NCBI GenBank assembly: GCA_029564765.1
Contig: JAKQPK010000029.1
Location: 119-64,118 of the forward strand
Reading direction: 5' to 3'
Length of the DNA: 64,000 nt
From: Candidatus Omnitrophota bacterium
GTDB lineage: Bacteria; Omnitrophota; Gorgyraeia; Zapsychrales; Aceulaceae
In this document: positions 51,001 to 63,000 of the stretch, in pieces
Layout: each line of letters opens with the position of its first letter
Numbering within the stretch: the stretch's first letter is position 1
Made by a program: the position numbers and the translations under genes
Notes under the pieces: generated by a model
What the model saw: the letters and a program-made list of their open reading frames with translations, nothing else
What the model was told of the DNA's origin: nothing
Database searches by the model: none

Positions 51001-54000
51001 GCAAGAACTTAGTGCGCAGCATAAGGTGGCTTTAGAGCGTCGAGCGATCACCTCCCAGATCGAGGAATGCTTACGCAATGCGAACAATCAGGCTCAGCAT
51101 CCGGATAAGCATGACCGCGCCCAGAAGAATTTAGACAGGGTAGAGGAATTGCTGCGTGGATTCAGCGAGGGCGATGCGCAGGCATACGCAGTTCGGCTTT
51201 CGAATGTCCAAAACCTTATGGCGCAAAGCAGAAATCGCACGACAGAAAGAATAGCCAAAACAGAAAAAGAGAATAATCATAACAAGGCACCACCAGCTGT
51301 TGAAGGAGATCAAAAGAAAAACGAGCCCTCTGCCGTACAAGACCCTCTTGAAACAAAAACAATCCGTGTTTATATCACTAAAGATCTCTGGGAAGTCCTT
51401 TCCCAGTCTTCCTACGCGACGTTAAGAAAACAATTTGTTGATTCAGCCAAGGCTTTGGCTGATCGCATTCTCGCAGGGAAGCATCATTATCAGATCAAGC
51501 ATATTACCAAAGGCTACCCTGTTAACCGTATCCATGTTGGCAATATCCATCATTTTGCTTATACCGTCTCTGACGAGACGCAGTCTACAGCTCAAGCATG
51601 GCTGTTCTTTGATTACCAAAAGAGTCAGGGCAGAAAAGGGTATAAGAAGTTAGCCGATCGTGGCGCTCTTGACAATGTGTTCGCAAATCACGAGAAGATC
51701 CTTGGGGAAGCAGTGTTGGTCTATTCGACAGGCTCCAGCGCTGTCATCGCCCAAAGTAGTTCAGGTATCGAAAATATCGTCACTGTTAACGATCTCGTTC
51801 TGCAAACCCTTAAGGACTTTAAGGTTGACGAGCTAAGCTCTGATGAGTGGGCTTGTTTATTAGCTTTATCCAACGTCCTGGATGAAAACAGCTTAAAGCT
51901 TAACGGAAAAGCGTATCTTAGCCGCTTTCAAGAAAGCTTAGGGCTGTTATCTGATATCAAACCTGCTGTGGATGGAAGGCTGCTTTTTGAAGAAAAAGTG
52001 TTTTTATCTCACCCGCGTCACTTAGCGTTCTTTATTGGCGGGCCGGGAGAGATGGTCGTTGATCTTCTCTATGTAATGACCCAGGCCAAGCGCTACCAGC
52101 AGTACACAGCAACAAACCGTGAGTGGCAGATCAGTCTCGTTATCGATTTTGCTTTAGGTGCTTTTATTCACCAGAAGATCGCTGAGCAACTTCTTGAGCT
52201 GGTCGCTCAGGAACCTCTTTTGGCTGATCTGCACGCCTTTATTCAGCAAGGCAAGGTTGAAGTGATCTGGCAGGATGCTGAAAAAGAAGATCAAGGCACC
52301 TTGTCTCGATTTCTGCAGGATCTAAGCCTGAAGAAGGGAACGATCCTGGTCAAAGGATTAAAAGATATCCAATATTTAAAAAGTTTTTCAGCCCGTCGTC
52401 TGCATTTTCTGACAACGAAAAGCCGGGAAGACGCCGTTGAGACAGGCACACAGATCAACGATCTGGTTGTCGCTTATAAGCCGCGTTCTTTTCGAGGACG
52501 GCTGACTGCAGATCAGGAGACAATGCGCAGCGTGACACTCTATCACGCTTTAAAATATCTTTTTCGGTTCGTTCGCGGATATTCTCGCCGCGGGGATGGA
52601 CGAGAAAAAAAGATCATCCCTCCTGAGGAAACTTGGCTGTACCTTCTGCCCCTTGTCCTTTATTTAAAAGAAAAGCGGGAAATCGCATACCCCATCTTTT
52701 TAGAGCGCGGAAGCTTGTTGCTCATCAAGCCATGGAAAACATTGATCGCTTATCTTAAAAAGCTCGATATTATTGATTTCCATGGGGAGTACGCGACGCA
52801 ACGTATTAGCAGTTATAAGAAGGCAGGTGATCTATCCAGGATGATCAACACGATCCTCAGTAGCAGTGAAACGCGTCAAGAGATCATTGGAGCGCGATGG
52901 CGCGGGGTCTGGAGCGCGTATCAAAGCCTGAGCGCTGATCAGCAAAAGATCATCGAAGAACATTTGCGCAAGGTCACAGGGGATATGCAGATGACATTTA
53001 AGGGCCTGGAAGGCAAAAGCGTTGGCGAGATCGTTTCTTTGATCGCTGAAGCAGGTATGGATCAGCGCTATCAAAGGTTTTCTTTTAAGCAAAGTTTATC
53101 GAAAAAAAGATGGGACGCGAACGCAGAAGATATCAAACGTATCCAAGAACAGGATCCATCGCTGGCTGAGCAGATCAGCCTTTTGATATCTTATCGTAAA
53201 GAAAGCTCGGTGAAGTTTTTGGCGAAGATCAAAGAGGTTTTCACGAAATACGACGCGCAGGTGGCCACCGATATGCGCAGAAATACCCAGCACGTTGCCC
53301 GTCCGATCCTGAACATTTTATTGTCAGGAACAAAGTTCTCGCAGCTTTTAAGATCGCGCCAAGTTGTCTTTATCGATGAGGCTTTGGCAGGGGGCGCGAC
53401 CGTGATCACTTGTGAATTGATTGCCAAAAGCTTTGATGGTAACAATGAATTTCAGTTCGCGGCCATTGACGCTTGGGACGCGACGCGATCTCCGCGCTCG
53501 ATCGTGGACATTCTTGTGACATCGGACTCCATGATCGAAGAAGATGCGCCAGAAAAACTAGGTGTTTTTGCGTATGTCACAGAAAAGATCTCAAATATTG
53601 AGAGATATAAGCAGATCAACATTGAAGGCATGATACAAGATCTGTCTCGCGCGTATACGACTTCCCGCGGCCATTTGGCAGACGAACGCCTAGAAGATGC
53701 TTTAGATAAAGATTATTTTAGCCAGAAAAAATTACGTGAAGTTAACGCCAAGATCCAGTCGTTCGTTCATGCACATTTAAAGGATCTTTTTTCTGAAGAT
53801 TATAACGAAAAAGTTCTTGTAGCCCTTGTTAAGCATTATTTGCGTAAGCATGATGTTTCCAAGGTGTATTTTGAAGAATATATGGCTCCTCGAGGATGGG
53901 AATATTTGCTCGCGGAAGAATTTAAGGCAAAAAACGAACAAGCTTATAACATTCTTCGAAGCCTTGATCAACAAGAAGACCTAGGATTAGAGGATGTCCG

Positions 54001-57000
54001 TCAGCTTGATAGCGAAGTCGCTTCGTATGACATGCTGAAAGTCCTGCTGTCCTGGAAGCTTGAGGAAGAGGCTTATCAAGCGCGTCAGGTCAAAGGGATC
54101 GAGCGTCTTGTTCAAGATACGAAGTTAAGGACGCTAACCTCTCTTTATCTGCAAGGGCCAGAGTCCATGGGGGAAGCCGCTCGGCTTCACGAACAAAATC
54201 AAAGAATTTCTAAGATATATCCCCAATTTCTGCACTCTCGCTTTAAAACAAAAATAGCCATTTTTGATTGGGATGGAACGTTATCGCGTATTCGAGAAGG
54301 ATGGGAGTGGATCCTGTCTCCTTTAGTCGCGGCGATCATTTCTGGAGCCCAATGCCCCATGACGTTTTGGGATGAGGTCGTTCGCGCTGTTTTAAATGAT
54401 GAGCGACGATATGATGCCACGCGCCTGGATGGCGTTGAGGACTTGATCAAGAAAGGTATTCTACGCCAAGAAGATATGGAGTGGGCTTATCAGATAGTCG
54501 AACGGACAAAAGGTTTTACGAACCGGGAACAGATCCTTTTAGCCTACGATGAAGCCATGGCCCGCAATATCAAGATCGAGAATTTTCAATGGGTCCTAGA
54601 TTATTGCCAAGATAAAAGCGGTGCGGCTCCTCCATCGGCAGCTGAAGCCCTGGTCATATTCTTTCTTGATCTAGTTTATCGTTTGCGTAACGACCGCCTT
54701 GCCACCCTTAAAGAAACTAACCTTTCGCCCGCCAAATACCTTTTTCCAAAGACAACCGCTTTCTTAAGCCGCTTACAAGATGAAAATGTTGTGTGCTATA
54801 TCGTGACAGGCTCTGATAAGCGAGGCGTTGAGGAGGAAGTGGCCTTGTTGGGCTTGCGACCTCAGGTCAAGGATATCGTTGGTTTTTCTCTTGAAGGAGG
54901 GAAGGGAGAAAGCAAGGAAGAGATCATGCAGGCTTTAGTGAATCAAGCCATCAAGGAGCGCGTGATCGGGCATACCCAAGAAGTTTTGGTCGTTGGTGAT
55001 GGATGGGCTGAATTGCAGGCGGGTCACAAGATAGGATGCTTAACGGTCGCGATTCGCTCTCGCGAGAATACAGATTCTTTTTCTTTTATAGAGGAGGCCA
55101 AGCCTTGTTTTACGATCAATATTCAGACCGATGGTGTACAGCCTTATGATCTGGCTCTTCGTGAAGCTAGAGATATCTTCGAAGCGCTTCAAAAAGGGAA
55201 GCCAGAACAATGCGCGTGGCTTCCTGATCCGATCCTTTCTTTATCATTAACCAGCAAGGTAGAAGAAAGTTATGCTAGCTTTTTGACTCCCCAGGCGACC
55301 GACGCGGTTTTGCCTCAGGTTTTGCGTCATTTTCCGTTCTCAGAGAACGAGAGTGTTCGCATGGAAACTGTTTATCAGGTATCCGCCCTTAATAACGAAG
55401 ATGTTAACGCGCACGCGCATGATCTTATTCTTTTTAAGATTGGTCATGAAAAATGGATAAAACATTTCGCGGAAATCCTTTCACATCGCATCCGTCAGAT
55501 GATCCCAGATCTCAGCGGGTGGATCTTGGCTTTTCGCAAGTCAACTCCGGAGCACGCCACACAACGACTGGGAGACTATATCGCGGCTAGCTTGGGCGCG
55601 GAGGTGGTTTATTTAGAGCAGAAAAAATGGCCTGTCGGATATGTCTCTATGTCCGCCCAAGAGCGCTATAAGGCTGTGGAGAACTCGACCGTGGTTTTAT
55701 CACCTGAAAAGGTCGCAGGAAAGAAAGTGATCATTATTGATGATGTGATCCATAGCGGCGGCGTGTTAAAAGATTTGGCGCAGACGCTTATAATCCTTAA
55801 AGCGAAAGAAGTTTTTGCCTTTGTACTTTTTGATTCAGGAGACGTTAGTTTTGAGGTTGGCATCTATCCTTTCTTGCAGGCGCATCCTTCCTTGCTTAAA
55901 GAGGCGATCATTGAAAATCAAGGGAGGCTTTCCTTGGGAGGGATCAAGTATTTGATGCAGTTCATCCGCGATTCACGGACAGCTTTTCTACAGGCAACAG
56001 AAGGTCTTTCCCGAGATGTTCGCTATGAGCTTGTCAAACGCAGCTTGCAATATCTTGACATTGTTCCTCGTCAATATGAAAAAGATCTGCTGCACGCGCT
56101 TCTTTCAATCTGGGCTGCGGACATTTATCAAGGACTTTCACTATCAAATAAATTAGAGGTTCTGACAAGCTTGAAAGATGTTGTGTCTCGTGGGATCTTA
56201 GCCAACGGCGAGCGGACATTATTTGTAAGCGCGCAAGAATGGGAGTCTTCTTCAAAAGCGGTCTTCTATGCGTATGTCAAAGGGTATGACTTCCTAGTTT
56301 TTAGGGACAGACGCGCAATGAGCTCTGACGCGACCGAAGAAGCCCTAGAGGCAGCCCGCCTTTTCCATGTTTTTTTAGCAAGTCCTTATTATACAACGTT
56401 GCCGCGTTCCATTTATGCTAAGCAGGAAAACCAAGGGTTCGCGATCGCGAAAGAACAAAAGGATTTTCTAAGCTTTTTAGCTGAGGCCATGAAAAATATC
56501 CGTAATGCGCATAAGGCGAGGATCCTTGAGCTGTCTTTGGGAGCTGCTGAGAACGATGCTCCATCCGCCATACTGAAGGCGTCCAAGGACTATGCGCAGC
56601 AGTGCGCCAAGATCTTTCAGGATGTTTGTGAAAGTTTGATCGATTTTTTAAGGAAGAAAAATATCGCTATTTCCAAGAATGATCTTGCGATCGCCTTTGT
56701 TGGATCCTTAGCTCGCGGCGAGGTGACTGAAGCTTCTGATATTGATTTTGATATTATCGCTAAAGATGAAGAGACCGCTAAGATCATTGAAGGGTCTGTT
56801 GCGTTAGCTCTTACGCATTTTTTAAGGCTGGCCGGATTTGATGTTGGCCCCTCGGATGAATTATATCAGCGCCATATCAAAACCCGTTACGAGCTTAAGA
56901 CGCATAAATTATTTGATGAGCGCATGCGCGCTGAAGACCGCCCAAGCACGCTCATCCGTTTTTGTGATTACACCTTTGCCTGGGGAAACCCGATGATCTT

Positions 57001-60000
57001 TCACGCGTTTACCAAACGGGGTAAGTCAGAGATCCTTTGTCAGCAGGGACCTTGCGTGCTTATGATCGAGCAGGCTGCTAATGAATATATTGATATTGCT
57101 AAAAACGGGCACGGACGTTTTTCGGGGCGCAATTTTATCGTGGCTTATGACACGTTGCGCCGCATTTCCTTTGACGTTAAATGGATCATTAATCTTGTCG
57201 AAATTTCTTTGAAAGAGTTCGTGATCCGTAATCTTCCTTTATTATCGACCGATAAGCATTTTTCTTGGGATAGCTTGCCCAAACAAAAGAGCGCTTTGCT
57301 GACATTTTTTAAAGAACATCATTTTCTCAACGGTATTGATGATCAGGAGATAGAGAAAGTTAAGAACTCCTATGCATGGTTCTTGGAGTATCGACAGCAA
57401 AGAGCCGCGCGGGGAGAACTGAATACAGCTTGCCCGTTTGAACCAGGATTTATCGATCATTTGAACATCCTCGGGCGATTCATCTTGCGTCACATTATTG
57501 CCCAACGGATTAAGCCCGCGATCATTAAAGAGCACAATATTCCTTTTGTGAGCAATGAACTTGGTCAGCAGATCGGAGTGTATATCGGTCATTTTCCCGA
57601 TGGAGAGATCCATTTGTCCTTAGAAAATCCAGACGATGTTAAGGATAGCCATATAAAGGTCATCCACGCCTTAGAAACGAGCCACGACCTTGTCCAGCTT
57701 GTTCTTTTAGCAGGAGCTTTAAAAACCTATCATGCCAAAGAGCTGACCCTTGTGGTTCCTCAAGAGCCTTCGATGTCCCGGCATAACGGCTATCGATATG
57801 TTTTATATTATTATTTTGACCATGTTATGTATCAGGACGGCAAGGATATCCCTCGGCTAGAAATTTTTGACCGCGCACCGTATACACAGGCTGTCCGTTT
57901 CGAGACTGTTTTGTACCAGCATGGGCGTTTTGGTGAGGACGCGCGGGAAGCCGCGGCACGTATTAACATTGATCATGCCAAGATCGACATCGTGAAGATA
58001 GAGGACAATCCTTTATCGTGGCAAGTTTGTCTGCCTTTTGGGCTTAACGGTAAGCACGTCGCGCTGATCCACAGCACAGAAAACACAGAAGATATTGTTG
58101 AGCTGTGGTTCATCCTCGTTGCCTTGCATCGCGCCAATGTTGGCAGCATTTCCTTGATCAATACGTGCGAGGGATATTCGCGGCAGGATAAAATATTTGA
58201 GCATGGACAGGCTGTAAGCGCGAAAACGATCCTGGACGCAACAGATGGATTTTTAAGCGCTCATGCGGCATTTAATATTCATTATGGTAAACAAGTGGGG
58301 TGGGTCGCTCTCAAAGGGCATGACATCCTGAACTTGAACGCCTTTACGGCTATCGCCCAGACCATGATCGATTGGATCATGAAATCTTTCGCTTGCGCGG
58401 CAGAGCTTGTTCAAGAAACACAACGACATCCCATTCTATTGCTTGGCCCTGATGACGGCTCTTTTCCTTATGTGCAAGAAGCGGTGACGGCGATCAAGCG
58501 ACATTTCAGAAAATGGCACGATATAGACCTTGATCTTTATTGCGGTTACCTCGACAAGGTCCGCAAAAGCGGCACAGAGGTTTCTATTCCTGATTATATT
58601 TTAGGGCCTGACGGCCAACGCATCGAACAAATAAATGGTCTGGATGTATCAGAGTGTTGGTGTTTGATCTTGGATGATGAAACAGCTTATGGGTCAACAT
58701 TGTTCGCGGCTACTTATATGTTGGTGCGAAAACTCCGTTTTTCCTGGCAAAGGATCCTCGCGGGCGTTGTGCGTGCTAAGCTTGTGCGCGGGCTTGAGCC
58801 GTTTCTGACGGGCCTCAAGGCGACAGAGCTGTCTTCAGCCAAAGAGCCTGTGGCGGTATACGTCAATGAACAGAAAGAGCACATGCCTCCTCGCGCTTTA
58901 TTTGCAACAGAATCTGTCGCGCTGCCCAAAGAGTTCCCGGAGGATCAAAAGATCCCGATCGGCCCCTTGGTAAGCTATGCGCTGCGGTATTTGCAAGGCG
59001 ATATTCATGAAGGCGACAGCTCTAACGGTCAGAATTTAATTAGCTCTTCCGTCGATATTGCTGGCGCGTGGGAGCGCGCGCAAAATCAAAGAATAGACGC
59101 TGTTCGATCTGCCGTCGCAACCTTAGAACAGGTTCAGGAAAAAATAATCTCGCATTATCCGCAATTTTTGGCGTTCTGGAGCAAGCTTGACACTTTAGAT
59201 ATTTGGTATGACGCATCGGGATTCATCGAGAATACGTTTGATTATATTCCTTCTGAGCTATCTGAAGAGAACATGATCCTTCGCCGTTCGTTTAACGCTA
59301 TTATTCGGGCAGAACAAGCTTTGACCGTTCTTTTTGAATGCGCGACAGCGGATACCCAGCAACAGCTGTACAACGCCTGCAAGGGAAAAACAATGTTGTA
59401 CTTTCCTGCCAGACTTGTCCAACAAGTACAGCGATCAGGCAAGAAAAGCTCCAGCATCCTTAGAGCTTGTTATCATCCGAAGTGCTTTTCGCTCAAAAGA
59501 TATGTGGAGCCTGTTAGCCAGCATGTTTTTTCTTTTGTGTTTTTCTCAGCGACTTTGTGCGTGATCTTTGATCATTGGCTTGTTCTTGCTTTGAGCCTTA
59601 CCTTGGCGATCAGGAATTACGCTTTTCGTGACACAACAGCGTTCTTTCGCAATCGACATGTTCGGGATCCTTTCCAGGACTTCTACGGGAATGTGGTCGG
59701 TGGCTACATCATTCCTGTTCTGAAAAAGCAAGGACGTTCAGCGAGGATCCACTCCGCGGGGGCTTCTGATTTCAAGGAAGCGATCAGCATTGCGATCATG
59801 CTCCATGAAGATTATCAAAAGGACCCAGGATCCTGGGGAAAGATCAATCCTCTTGAACATATCAAGATCTACGCGACGGAATTTGACCCTATCGTGTTTA
59901 AGCGCGGAAAATCTTTTGTTTATTCTTCTGAACAGATCCGACAAGGATTCTCCTTTAGACAACAAGAGAGAAGCTCTTTTGACCAAAGCAAGATCTTCTG

Positions 60001-63000
60001 CCAGAACGAATATTTTGACGAGATAAAGCGCAAAGATGGGACGATCGCGTATCGGCTCAAGCCTTATATTCGTTCAATGATCAGGATCCGACAGCGTAAT
60101 TTAAAGGACGCGCATCCCCGCGATGTCGATGTTGTTTTCTTTTTGCACACCGCTTATCTGATGGGGCCCTGGACGCTGAAGAGAACGATCAAGAATTTCA
60201 TTGACTCTGTACGTCAAGACAGCATTATTGTGGCTTCGTATGGGCACTGCTTCATCAATCCTTTTAGCTTTTTGATCAAAAAACATTTTATTGGCTATGA
60301 CCAGCGATATGTTTTCTCTTCTCGTAATAGCGTAAATCATTATATTTTCCGTTTCAAAGATCAGAAGCCAAGAGCAGCTTATCGCTTTGGATCCGCTGTT
60401 TATGGTCTAAAAAAAGCATCAAACACCTCCGCAGTTTCTTCCTGTCTTTGGCAGGAATTCAGACAGATCGATCATAAATTAAAGACGGAGGTTGAGGAGC
60501 TTTTATGGCTTCGATACGCTCGTCGACAGCTAGGCAAGGTCAGGACGTTTTATGGTCAGTATATTTTTGTTAGGCCGGGAGCTTGCGCAACATCGGAAGA
60601 GGCCGTCGGTATCCAAGATATTTTAGAGGATCTTCGAAACCAAGGTGATACTCAGGCCAGCTTAAGCAGTGCCCGCCACCCTCAAAAACGTGTGATCGCG
60701 GCAAACCTTGAAAAAGTCATGTCCTATCTTCAGACAAACGACACGCGATCGTTGGTCGAGACCATTGGGAACACCATTGATGTGGTTGACGCCAGAGGAA
60801 AAGAGGTTCGAAAGATCATCAAGAATATTTATGAGCGTCAATTGCCGGGGTTACGTGATCGCTTTATTTACATGAACGATCAATACGGATCTCGCATCAC
60901 GAACATCCTTGCGAAGCTTCATGACGGGGATTATCGGACAGCCTGGCAGTATGTTCAGGGATTTTTGAGCTCTCGAGCGCTCGAAGGGTCTTTTAGTGAA
61001 CCGGATTTGACAGGCATGCGTCAGCTGTTAGGCTACGTGGGGTCGCTGTTAAAGGATGGAAAAGATGTTGATGCCGCGAAAAGAAAGCTTGAAGATTTTC
61101 AGGCAGAGGTACAAATAGCACAAGCCGTTCATGATTTTATGTATAGGCTTAGGACCCTCTATGTTGTCCAGGCCTTAGAGCATAAGGGCCTTGACTGGCA
61201 GCAGGCATTTAATTGTGCTTATGATATTTATCTTAAGGAAAAAGGCCTTATTCGTGGATCGCCCAAAGAAGAGATCTTTCGCCTCGCTGTTTTTCGCCCC
61301 GCCTTTATTCCGTTTATGATTGATCATCCCCAAAAAAAGAACCAGCGCCTTATCAATCCTTTCTTCTTAGCTGTAACGAGTCTGATCCAGATCCAGCGAT
61401 CTTTGTCCTTTGATCTTATGTCACGGCATTTCCAGCGCCGCCATCCAGAAACAGCTTCATTATTATCGCAATTTGCCTCTGAGCATAAGCATGTTTTTAC
61501 GGACCTTAGCTTTAAGGATAGGCGTGCTCTTGTTGGGGCTTTGGCGCGTGATCATCAGTTGATCAAGCAGGATGTCCATATGTTCGTCACGATCGCCATT
61601 CCTCGCAAGAGGCATGAGCAGGATCAATATACGCTTATCTCCAAGATCGTTGCGGTAGCTGAAGAGCAGGAAGCGGAGCTGGCAAGGCGGTCTTCTGCGG
61701 ATTCTCAAAAAAAGGGGCAGGATGCCCAACATGAGCGCGTTGTTCGCATGGCCCAGATCATTGAGAACACCATTTTGGATCACTACATTGACGAATATGA
61801 CCGCGGTCTTTTGTGCGCCGTTGGATATATCAAGAATGACAAAGCTTTTCATAGCAACAAGAAAAGTTTTCAGGAGTTGCTCCCTGTGATCGCTGAGCTC
61901 TGTTGCTTGACGGATCCTCAGAAAGCGATCATCACGATCGCTTTCTTGCCGCAAGACCGCGAGGCGGATGATAGGACGGGGAAGGCAGTTTCCAGCGGGC
62001 TTTCTGATCGCTGCAAGGCGTTTCGTGCCCAGCTCGGATTTCTTCTTGTCGATATGATTAGCGTTATCTTTGCTGTCGGCGCTTTGCTTTCTTATGGGAT
62101 TATGAAAATTTTATTCTTTGGCATGAACACCACTGCAAGAACCATACGCTATGTTAATAGAAAAGGTTTTAAGAATGATTGCCACGTGATCTGGTCTTTT
62201 TGGCTGTTAATGGCGTCGATTGTGATCTTGCCCGATATGCTGGTCTCGTTGATCCTGCAGTCCTTAGGTCTTGCTTATTTTTCGATCGCTCTTGTCAGGC
62301 TTGAAGCCCGAGAAGACCAGAAAAAAGCTGAAGCCAAGCTTTTTGACAATCGTCTTTCACGTCTATGGAATGAGCGCATGCAGAAGGGTGGAGTGTTTAG
62401 ATACCGACTTTCATACCCGCAGTATCGGCGAGTTGGAGATTTTATTCTATTCCTGAATCAGGGAAGGGCACGGGCTGAAGAGGAAAAAAAGCGTTCTTTC
62501 GTTGATTGGAGCCCTGTGTTTGAACCGTTCGGCCGCACAGATAATTTTAACCGGATCTACAGAGATCATCCCCATCAGCGGTTATTCACTCAGAGGATCG
62601 GCTTTCAGCGTTTAGTTGTCAATGTTAACCATACACCTTATTTTTCATGCCATTTCCTTTTGATCCCTTCTCCCAAGAAAAATGTTGAGCAGTTCTTGAT
62701 CCTGTCGAACTTAAAAACTATTTATCGTGTTTTTCGTCTTAGCTATGCGGATAATCTATATTTTGGATTTAACAGCAGAGGCGCCTGGGCTTCTATTAAT
62801 CACCTTCATTTCCATGGCATATATTATCCTTTCGGCGTTTTACCCATAGACCAAGCTGTGAGACAAATTGTCGCAAAGGAACAAAGTGTCCGCATATCAA
62901 AAGTTTCCGACTATCCCTTGCGAGGGCTTATTTTTGAGAGTGCCAAGACCAGGCGGTTGATCAAGGCCACGTATTCATTTATTAGTTTTTTACAAAATCA

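Noticed and set aside
293-62456. The many 60-163 aa ORFs in the supplied track, mostly on the minus strand
   Set aside because: All overlap the giant frame +2 ORF and show no recognisable motifs. They are the expected antisense and alternate-frame shadows.
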